Source of the DNA: Eledone cirrhosa | Lineage: Eukaryota | Assembly: GCA_964016885.1 (NCBI GenBank) | Contig: OZ024745.1 | Location: forward strand, 110,918,001 to 110,982,000 | Direction: 5' to 3' | Length of the DNA: 64,000 nt | Shown here: positions 12,076 through 23,088 of the stretch, piece after piece | Position numbering within the stretch: the first letter of the stretch is position 1 | How the letters are laid out: every line of letters begins with the position of its first letter | Notes under the pieces: model-generated | Told to the model about the DNA's origin: nothing | Databases searched by the model: none | The model's input: only the letters and a program-made list of their open reading frames with translations | Translations under genes and position numbers: made by a program

Positions 12076-12415
12076 TATAACTTATAGTCTGGTAGTGTTT
12101 ATATATTTAATTCTTGTCAGCTGCTGCTCTCATGCAGAAATTACATAAGAATGTATAGTATAGTTATTCAACCATGATAAAATTAATGTCAACTACTAGA
12201 AATCAAAATTATTAAAATACTGGTCTTTCCTATTCCCTTTCACATCCAACAATTGATTGTTGGTTTAAAAAATTGAAACAAAACCTATCCATTTTATTTC
12301 ATATTTTACAAACAAAATACCATATTTTCTTTCATAAGATGTTTTGTATCTTCATTCTTTTTGTATATTTCCCCTCAACCTATATTCTATTTCTATTCAC
12401 TCACATGAATAAAGA

Positions 12416-12463
<48 letters not shown>

Positions 12464-12914
12464 CTATTTGTTATATATATATGTATATATATATACACAC
12501 ACACATAAAAACACATATTTATATATAGCAGGGAATGCGGACATTAAAACGACAATGATGATATATACATATATATGTTATATCCATTCCATTGTGAAAA
12601 GTAATTTAAAGGAAATAAATGTCTTATATGAAGACATTTATTGATTTATGACATAAATTTACAAGTTATGCAATAGCATGACTCTCTATTTTTGTATATT
12701 AATTAATTTAAAGTTTTAAATAAATTTTCAAATTTCTCACAGCAGCATAAAAATGAATTGCTTTATTTAAACAATGTAATTTCATGTGTTTGGGTGAAAA
12801 TTTATGCAGATGTGTATTTATTTCCTTCTGACTTGAATCATGGGTGTGGGTTGAAGTAAAGTCATTAATTTTTTTATAACTTGGATCATTCTTTGAATTT
12901 CATTTATTTATTAA

Positions 12915-13145
12915 CCCATTTGATAGCAAACCAACTGAAACCACCTACGTGGTTCTATGATATATAACTGTTTGTATTTATCTAAAAACCTTTTATTGTA
13001 AATGTATGTAAGAACCTTTGTTATGTTCCAAACAACAACTTAATAAGAAAGTTAGTATGTCATTACTTCATTCAAAATTCTTATTTTCAAAATCAATTGA
13101 AATTCATAGGTGGCGTCTTATATTAGAAATATGGTAATGAAAAGG
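12915..13145. mobile_element. piggyBac-type MITE, family B
   Basis: ttaa|cccatttgata ... gtaatgaaaagg|ttaa, with TTAA on both sides. Confidence 0.7.
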
Positions 13146-13582
13146 TTAAAAACTAGAATACATATATTTAAGATTACTACCTAACAAAAAAAACACTTCG
13201 AAAAAGTTTATAGACATAGTACTGATTAAAGTTAGAGAGCTACTAACTCCACTGATTAATATTAATTCATAATATTTAATTTATTTTGCCTATTTGTATA
13301 TTTATTATCTTACCTATATGGACTAGTTGAAATTTGTATAGCTGTTGATTCACTAGCCAAGGTTACAGAGAGTGTCCTGCAACGTACTGATAACTCTCAA
13401 ATTATACTCCTACTTACTTATTTATATGCTAGAGGCAGGAAGTATAGTTTTTCAGCATCTAGAATCTTCTAAAACAGTTTTCTATCTTTGCCTCACCCAC
13501 TGTCTGCTGGAAATGTTTCCGTGCCATCTTAGTAATATTCCATGTTAACTTTGTCTTAAGAAAGAACATTGCTAATCATCTT

Positions 13583-13812
13583 CCACCACTATCACCACCA
13601 CCACCACCACCACCATTATCACCTTCCATCATTGCCACCATCACCACCATTATCATCATCACCATTATCACCTTCCTTCATTGCTACCATCACCACCACC
13701 ATTATCACCTTCCATCATCGCCACCATCACCATTACCGCTATCACCACCATCATCATCATTACCACCTTCACCACCATCACTCTCGCTACTATAATCATC
13801 ACCATCACCATA
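13583..13812. repeat. Degenerate (CAC/CAT)n trinucleotide repeat
   Basis: caccaccaccattatcaccttccatcat... Confidence 0.9.
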
Positions 13813-14194
13813 AATTTCTCCTAAATATCTTGTCCCTAAACTAGAAAGTCACTTTCACCTCTCACTATGAAAACTTAACATTATCTCCCACATTAGTGGC
13901 TAAGAAAGAAACAATACTTCCACTATTTTCTCTTTACTGAGATAACAAACACTTAGATAGCAGCCATAATTATGCTGTTTACAATATTTCCATACAACTA
14001 ACCTAATATAGTAGCTAACAGTTAGTTTAAAGCTTAGATTTTTTCATCCCTTATTTCTTTATATTTTGACATTAACAAGACAAAAACAAAGATATAATAT
14101 GACAGAAACTAGCTTCTGTTTAATAACTAGTAAGTTAGTTTGGGGGTAGTTTTCCTTGTTTTTATCCAGTTCAGCATCTTTAGACAAGGGACTA

Positions 14195-14362
14195 CTGTAT
14201 TTCCCGACACCGAAGACGCTTCCTCCTCCAGGACGCACCCTTACTTTGACAACCAAAAATTTGAAAAGAAAATAATATACAACTTTTGGCCTCCAGGACG
14301 CATGGTCGATTTTGAGATTTATTTTAGGAAAAAAGTAGCGTCTTCGATGCTGCGAAATACAG
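14195..14362. mobile_element. Tc1/mariner-superfamily MITE with TA TSD
   Basis: ta|ctgtatttcccgacaccgaagacgct ... agcgtcttcgatgctgcgaaatacag|ta, 26-bp imperfect TIRs, internal repeat cctccaggacgca x2. Confidence 0.85.
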
Positions 14363-14732
14363 TAATTGAATTACCTAGCAGCAGACACATATATACAGGG
14401 CTGTCTTAACAGCATTATAAGGGCCCAGACAAAGCAATTCAGTGAGGTTCTTACACATACAACCACAGCATATATAGATGAGTATTGGGCTCCTGATGAA
14501 CTGTTCACAAAGCCCATGCCATAAGTTGACACTAATTAGAATTGGTTTTCAATAATTGTAAACTTGAAATTCGAAATAAATCTATATATGTATGTGTGTG
14601 TGTGTGTGGAGAAAGAGCCTGTGATGTGAAGAAAGATCACAAATCAGAAATACTCGATGCACAATGAGATTCAGAGTGGGTGTTTATGTATGTCATCATC
14701 ATCATCAATGTATATATATATATATATATATA

Positions 14733-14888
14733 ATAAAGAGTCAGGACCCTGACGGCTGAGCTCTAACTGTTTCAAGTCAGAGTCAGAGTCATAATATAAC
14801 TTATAATATAACCATACTCCACCACCTCAAGTATCAAGTACTCTGTTGAGTAATGGTCTAACAAGTTTCAAACTGAATTCATCCTGAT

Positions 14889-14890
<2 letters not shown>
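14733..14890 (+). mobile_element. Diverged member of the 4281 family (inverted arm plus tail) in (TA)n
   Basis: The left part reverse-complements to GAAAcagttagagctcagccgtcaggg (compare gaaatggcttgagctctaccgtcgggg). The tail is catactccaccacctcaagtatcaagtactctg..atggtc. Confidence 0.55.
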
Positions 14891-14939
<49 letters not shown>

Positions 14940-15669
14940 CGTGTGTATTAAAAGAAATTATTTAGTAAACATATTTATAAAATAGACTACCATTTCATGT
15001 CTAATGAGTTTATTCTCAGTCTTTCATTATAGCTTGGAAGCAATTTATTACATTATTATTTCATAAGAGTGACAGACAAATAGATTTTACTTTTCCTCTA
15101 AGCATTAGAAACAAATATCAGTAACATTAGCCTGGACTACTTTACTTCATATTTTCTTATTCTGTTCTATTGACAGTATGATAAAAATTATAACAAATGT
15201 AATTTACATAAGCTCTTTTAATTTGCCCGTTTTCTATTTTAAAAATAAAAATATTAAACACCGCGTGTAAATAACAAGGGAAATAATTTGTACGAGTTAC
15301 TTCCCTTGAACAGTAGGTTTATTTACTTTTTATTTTTTGCACGTTTTACATCAGCAATAAGACAATGAGAGTATCGATCGTTATTGGATGTTATGTTTAG
15401 CAAAATTATCAAATTTTTGAAAGCTCTAATGTACTACATATTACATGAGTAAACGAAATGCAACAATTTTACTATATATATATATATATATATATATAAT
15501 GTGCATATACACACACACGAGCGCACCTAATGCCTTTATGAATTCTTTGCTAGTATATATTTTGTGTGTGCGTGTTATTGTTTACAAAGATATTTTTAAT
15601 GTTTTGGTAAGCTCCTCGTGTTTTCTCTCGCACACTGTTTCTCCCTAAGTGTGTGTATATATATATATA

Positions 15670-15905
15670 CACATTAAGAAGTGCGGTGACAGCCGAAGTG
15701 TATAATACAGTTATATCTGTACATATACAGAGTGTGTAATCAAGACTGCACCAACGTGTATAAATGTAGGCACGTAAACATGACAGAAAATACGAATTTC
15801 CCCGTAAATTGAAAAAAAAAATAATAATAAACACTTTTAATCGATTTTTGGATCTAATTGGGCCCTCATCTGAAGTCGTGTATATCATCCAATTTACCAC
15901 AAGGA
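15670..15905 (-). mobile_element. (TA)n-flanked insert with a degenerate hammerhead motif (15832-15878)
   Basis: Minus strand: cgactt CAGATGA gggcccaattagatcc AAAA atcgatta aaagtg. Both core boxes carry one substitution each. Confidence 0.45.
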
Positions 15906-16359
15906 AATATATATTATTTGATGGGTATATATACCTACTTGCTGTTAGAATTATTCTGAAATCGACGTACTAATTTGCATATAATTAGCGCTCGTGTTGG
16001 TAATATATATATATTTGTTTCTGCAAATAATTACCAATTTGCACATAGCATGACTAGGCTGTATAACTACTGTTGAAACATTTGTAAGCACTCGGAATAA
16101 ATTACCTTTTTATGATGTCTACCTGTTATTATTCATTCTTTATATATATATATATATATATATTTCTGTAATATTTTAGAAATGATGACAATTATTTTCC
16201 TGCAAAAGGTGCTTTCTCCAAAATATCTACTATTCTAAATTCACAAGCTGACTTTCAGGTTCATACATTTATAGTTGTTAAAGTCCTTTGCTAGCACTCT
16301 GTTGAAAGATTTTTTGGAAATATTTCATTTGACAATTTATAATAACTAGAATTATTTTA

Positions 16360-16586
16360 CTTTCGATTCCAAACTGCCTACAACTGCCCTGGTTCTACAA
16401 CACAAAACTCTGTTTTAAAGTGTTTATATTTATTTAAGAACCTTTTTTATTATGTTATATTCCAAATACCAGCTTAATAATGAGAATTTTAGTTATATTA
16501 CTACATACCTCTAAATTCTTGATTATTTCAAAATGGTTTGAAAATTATTGACAGTTTCTTTCAAAAGAATTGTGGTAATGAAAGGG
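16360..16586. mobile_element. piggyBac-type MITE, family B
   Basis: ctttcgattccaaactgcc...ggtaatgaaaggg|ttat. Colinear with 12915-13145. Confidence 0.65.
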
Positions 16587-17125
16587 TTATACCATTTCAG
16601 TTTGATATCCTGTAAACATTCTTGTTACTTGTTGATCTCATAATATTCTGATTTACTGCTTTAATTATTATTCCTAATAAAAGACTATTGTTTTCATAAT
16701 GGTAATTACAACTAAGTACTTTAATCATGTTTCTCAGAGCTAACATAGAGGAAATGTTCCAGTTTAAATTATTTGTCAGTGCCAAGAATAATTTCTTACT
16801 CTGATATCCCTACCCTGTCACAATTAATCATAGCAATTCAGTTGTACATTCTTCTTCCTGGTGAACTTTCAATCAAATCTAATTTCTCAGCAATAACATT
16901 TGTCTTTACTTATCTTAATCAGTTATTGATATATTGCATCTGTTTATGATTATCTTTTACTTTATCTTCGGAAAACAAAACAAAAACAAAAGTAAATATT
17001 TATCTTTTAAATTTTTAATTTTTTTTTTTCGGTTGCTAAAACTTGAATAGCATGTCAAAGTTTATATTTTTACTTATGTATTTTGTCTTTATAATATTTG
17101 GGGCCCTGTTGAGATAATATACATG

Positions 17126-17284
17126 CAGTGCTGGATTTACCATTGTGCTTAGGTGTTGGCCAGGAAAGGGGGCCCATCTTCCTGCCAAAAAGTTTTTTAC
17201 AATGAATTACCTCCTTCAGGGCCCAAGTAAGGGGCCTCATAACTTAACTAGCAGAGAGCCTCATTTGTCCTAAATCCAGCACTG
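17126..17284. mobile_element. hAT-type MITE
   Basis: Perfect 14-bp TIR cagtgctggattta/taaatccagcactg. 8-bp TSD tatacatg/tgtacatg (7/8 match). Confidence 0.85.
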
Positions 17285-19357
17285 TGTACATGCACCAATT
17301 AAAACAACCAACAAAATAATCAAGAATTGCAAGATATTTAGGGACATAACTTAATTTGAAGTTAATCATTCTTGCTAACATTGCCTCAAGGTCAGCTATT
17401 TGGGAGAAGGGAAAAGTTGATTATATCGATCTGGTACTTTATTGGTATTTTATCACTTACAGATCAATGGAAGGTAGAGTTGACCTCAGTGGGCTTTAAA
17501 TATAAAGACCCATATCTAAATACCCAAAGAATTTTGTCCAGTGCCATGACAATTCTGCCAATCTGATGCCCTAAATCTTAACTTAATAATAAAATATTAA
17601 TATTTAACCATTAGAATCTGTTATCTATCATGTAATAGTGAGATTTCAGTCCAGAGTTTAAATTTAAATTTGTGGACTTTAATAGAAGTGAGTGGATTGA
17701 TGTTTAAAAGGGTTAACACAGTCCCTGTTATTTTTTATTATGGAGAGTTTAAGAATTATTTTTACTATTTCTTCAGTAAGGTTGAGTTGGCAATGAAAAC
17801 AATGATGAAATTAAAGTGCAGGTGGGCCCCACCAAGTCTCAGTCCTTTGCAGAGGACTAAACTTTTCTCTCTCTGCCATGCACCCATGACATACTTGTCA
17901 TCCCCCTCTCACCTACTGTCACTTACCCATGACATCATAGTTATCAATCTTCTCATCTCTTGCCCTTATATGGTAGGGAGAGCTCTTTAACTGAGTCAAT
18001 GACTAACAACATCCCCAGTGCTGGTGCTATGATAAGGTTTCCAGTCCACTCTCTAAAGTGGTTAGGGTTAGAAATGGCTTCCATCCATAGAAACCATGCC
18101 ATAAAGAGTTGAGTGGACCCTTCAGTCATGATGGAACAACAGATATTAAATGATGTGAAGCAGCTTAGTATCATACAACTATGCAGTGTCAGCTGGTATG
18201 ATATTAAAAGGGTTAAAAAGTTGATTTACTCATTACACAATTTATAAATAAAGATTTAACTTTAAAATATTTGTCTTTATAAATTAGTAATATTATCAGT
18301 AACATTTCTTCTAGGGTTATATGACTCAGTTCTATTTCAATGATTCTATGAATTTTATATAATTGTCTCCTTCATCATTTCTTTCAGATCCTCTCAAGAC
18401 ACATGTTTATGTGTTTTGCACAGATGATCAAACATCTTGACCCAAATTAAATTTTAATTTGCTTTATAAGTTGAAGCAAATTAAAATTACAGAGGTCTAA
18501 CTTTGTATCATCATATTGATTATTATATTGATTTTGGTTACACCTCAAAATGTACAAACAATGAACATAATCAAAGTAATCAGAACTTTTGTGTCATCTG
18601 TTAGTTGGAAGATAAATAGAAATTTTAATGTTTGATTTCCCACACTTCGATGTAAAGTGTACTGTGAAAACATCTTTAATAGACATGTGCTTACATTGTG
18701 TTGTGTGTATTGATGAAGTAATTAGTTGTAACCAAAACTTTGTCTGCTACTGGTACCATGCAACCTAGTACAACCTGCTTCATATGGTTGAGTGGTTGGC
18801 AACTAAACTGGCTCCTCTACCAGACCGTGTATGGTGAGGAGTGTAAGTGGAACCTCAGTAGCACAAAGAACAAGAGCTGTTAAAGGGAGGGGGGGGGGGA
18901 CTCTTCAGAAGCAATGGCTATCCACCCTAACTATGGATTAAATAGTCTTACTAGCTCACAATTGGACAAATGTAGTGAGTATGGCTACACCCCTGACATG
19001 ACCAAAACCAAACAGATAGTGATGGAGGTCAACCAGGGGGGGGTTCCTCTACCAGGAATGAGAAGGCCCTGGATTAGATTGGATTAGAACCCAAACTTTG
19101 TTTTAATGTCTCCTGCTTTCTTTCCACATCTCTGTAACATTAACACTTTTGTTATATTTCTAATGAAAGATACTGCCTATTATTTTCAAATAATTTTGAA
19201 AATAATCAAGAATTTGCAAGGATTTAGTAAATCAACTAAACATCCTCATTATTAAGCAGGTTTTGAACATAAGTAATCAAAAGTTTTTATATAAATTATG
19301 GTGGGAGATGTGATATTTAGATTAACACTTTAAACAAAACATTATTAAAACACAAAA

Positions 19358-19549
19358 GGGCGGTGAATTGGCAGTATCGGTAGAGGGTCGGATGCCATGC
19401 TTTGACGCATAGAGTTACGGCCCTTGCCATTCTGAGTTCAAATCCCGCCGAGGTTAACTTTGCCTTTCATCCTTACGGCGTCGATGAAATAAAGTACCAG
19501 TAATACACTGGGTAATTGCTGGCCTTGTGCCTAACGTAGAAACAATTAT
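19358..19549 (+). mobile_element. tRNA-derived SINE (same family as 7371)
   Basis: A box tggcagtatcggt, B box gagttcaaatccc, core gttaactttgcctttcatccttacggcgtcgatgaaataaagtaccag. Confidence 0.9.
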
Positions 19550-19804
19550 CTTCATTATCATTTTTGATTGAGGCATAATACTAATAAACCTGAATAAATC
19601 TGTACTCTTAATGCTAAGTACTAAGTGATTCCTAGTTGTACAGTCTGGTCCAAAATAACCTCCTTATGGTTTGCTGGTTAGTTGCGTGTTGGGGGAATTA
19701 TTTCCCAGTATATCCCACTGCTACCACCACTGTGATCACTACTACTACTGCTACTGCAGTCTGAAGTAAGTTCAGTGGAGATGCCACTAAAAACACTACA
19801 GCCT

Positions 19805-20456
19805 TATATATATATATGTTTGTGTGTGTGTGTGTATGTATATATATATATATGTGTGTATGTTTATATATATATATATGTTTCTGTGTATGTATATATA
19901 TATGTGTGTGTATGTTTTTATATATGTTTGTGTGTGTGTGTATGTATATATGTGTATGTTTATATATATGTATGTGTGTGTGTATGTGTATGTGTATATA
20001 TGTGTGTGTATGTTTATATATATATGTGTGTGTGTGTATGTGTATGTATATATATATGTGTGTGTATGTTTATATATATGTGTGTGTGTGTATGTGTATG
20101 TATATATATATGTGTGTGTATGTTTATATATATATGTGTATGTATCTTTATATATATATGTGTGTGTGTATGTGTATGTATATATGTGTGTGTATGTTTA
20201 TATATATATATATATGTGTGTGTGTATGTGTATGTATATATATATGTGTGTATGTTTATATATATATATATGTTTGTGTGTGTATGTATATATATATATG
20301 TGTGTGTGTATGTTTATATATATATATGTGTTTATGTGTATGTATATATATATATATATGTGTGTGTGTATGTTTATATATGTTTGTGTGTGTATATATA
20401 TATATATGTGTGTGTATATATATATATGTTTGTGTGTGTATGTTTATATATATATA

Positions 20457-20510
<54 letters not shown>

Positions 20511-20520
20511 TATATACATA
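19805..20520. repeat. Compound (TA)/(TG) microsatellite array
   Basis: Directly visible. Confidence 0.95.
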
Positions 20521-20944
20521 CATCCATACATTTGGCAGGAGATGAGGTGGCAGTATCTTTTCATTCAGCACATCTCCTTTCGGCTTTTGTCCAACCCAAT
20601 GATAGTGAGATAATCAATAAGAAGATGTGCTCTACACATGCAGTAGGAGTAATTTGGAGGAGTCGTTTTTTTTTTGTTTTTTTTTTTTTCATAATTGTAT
20701 ATAGCTAAAAGATGTTTGTATTGATCACTTGTGGAAGTGGTTATAGAGAATGCACTGACTTAAATACCATGCCAACAACAGACCACTACAATAATCCATA
20801 CACTGACCCACACCCTCCACCCTTCATGGAATTGTGGGATTTTTAACTAAGTGGCTTGGCACTGTTGAGAAATTACAAAGAGGAAATTTTCATGCAAGCC
20901 AATTACTGGTCCCATGGACTCAGATTGGGGAAATATCAAAAACA

Positions 20945-21540
<596 letters not shown>

Positions 21541-21648
21541 ATAAACCGTCTAACCCATGCTAGCATGGAAGATAGACGTTAAACGATGATGATGATGATA
21601 AAATGTGTGTGTGTGTTATAAAAGTTGAGGTACGAAGTAAACATTGCT

Positions 21649-21681
<33 letters not shown>

Positions 21682-21835
21682 TTTTTCTCTGTCTACCATT
21701 TTTTTTTATGTATATTTTCAGTTGCTCACCACACCTTTTCCCCCCATATCAAAGCTAAATCTGCAGTTATCTAACTATCTATCTTTCTATTTATCTAATG
21801 CTCACTATTATGTGTTCATATTTATATGTGTAATG

Positions 21836-21871
<36 letters not shown>

Positions 21872-22204
21872 TGTGCACACACACACACGTGTGCACACAC
21901 ATTCATCACAATTTGCTTTTTATTTTCCTAATAATGGATAAGAATGGTCATCCCCACACCTGACAAGAGTCAATCAACTATCATTATAGCATTTTTTAAA
22001 AAGATGAATTATACTTAGTGCATACTGATCATCTGAGAGAGAAGTCTTATTACTGAGACAAATTTATAGCAAGACTTATAGATAAAAGTCTCTTAAAAGA
22101 ATGTTATCCTTGTTCAGCCAGCCGGAAGTCATGATAGCTTTTATCATTAGTTACAGGCAATTTCAATTTTCGTTATTACTAAATACTCTGACTATCAATT
22201 CTCT

Positions 22205-22235
<31 letters not shown>

Positions 22236-23060
22236 GCATCATAAAGTGACTGTAAGGCTTGTGTACTCACCACCTAGAAAAACATTTTTTTAAATGTCTA
22301 TATAATAAAGAAAATACAAAACTATTTACTTATCTTGTAATTTAGAGTGCTTTTTAGATTAGATGGTTTACCTATATATTTATGTTTGTATGTATATATA
22401 TATGTGTGTGTGTGTTTGTCAAAAATGGTAAAACATTGCATTTGTCAGACTCTCAACAAACCAGTTTGATTCTGCTTGAAAGTCTATGGAACTTTAACCT
22501 TTCTTATATCAAAGTGCCTAAAACTGGCCCTGTTTCTGTGACTCAATGCTGTTTATTTTAATGTGTTTTATATAGATCTAAATCCTTTTATCATAATTTT
22601 AATTAAAAATGTTTAAGTTTTGTTCCAAACTCCAAATAAATAATGAGAAAGTTGTATTACTAAACCACTCCAAGTTTTTAGTTTCATAATTATTTGAAAG
22701 TTATAGGTGGTGGCCTACTTGGATTTCCTTCTTACTCCAAAGTCAGTCTTTTTTAGAAAGCAATATTTATTGTTGTGCATTTTTTTAATTTTGTCTTGGG
22801 GTAATCCTTCATCCTTAATTTGTTTCAATAATTGTAATAAAAGATTATTTACTTATATAATAACTCTGAAATATCATGTTGAAATATACTGGATAAAACA
22901 TTACTTTGTTTTGTTTTATTTGTCATCCTTTGCCCCTTTATATATTTCTACTGTACCAACTTTTTGAAACTTATCACTCATTTACTAGTTTTAACAATAA
23001 CTTATTTTTTTAACAATAACTTATTTTTCAAAAACATCATACCATTACAAATTACATATT

Positions 23061-23088
23061 AACCCTTTTATCTTTGTTTTCTTTTCAG
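23061..23088 (+). promoter_or_regulatory. 3' splice acceptor of the long intron preceding the terminal exon
   Basis: aacccttttatctttgttttcttttcag lies directly before the in-frame GAT, and homology begins exactly there. Confidence 0.9.

Noticed and set aside
13569-13844. Histidine-rich 91-aa ORF
   Set aside because: Translation of a CAC/CAT trinucleotide repeat, with no splice or domain support.
14490-14520. Isolated CTGATGA heptamers (also ~41393 and 52210 on the minus strand)
   Set aside because: No downstream stem II plus GAAA and no closing stem I, so they are not hammerheads.
19358-19450. tRNA gene-like A/B boxes (also 1350-1427, 54620, 62940)
   Set aside because: They continue into SINE bodies with tails and TSDs and have no complete cloverleaf.
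23074-23088. TTG start of the 955-aa ORF
   Set aside because: It lies in the polypyrimidine tract of the splice acceptor. Homology starts at 23089.
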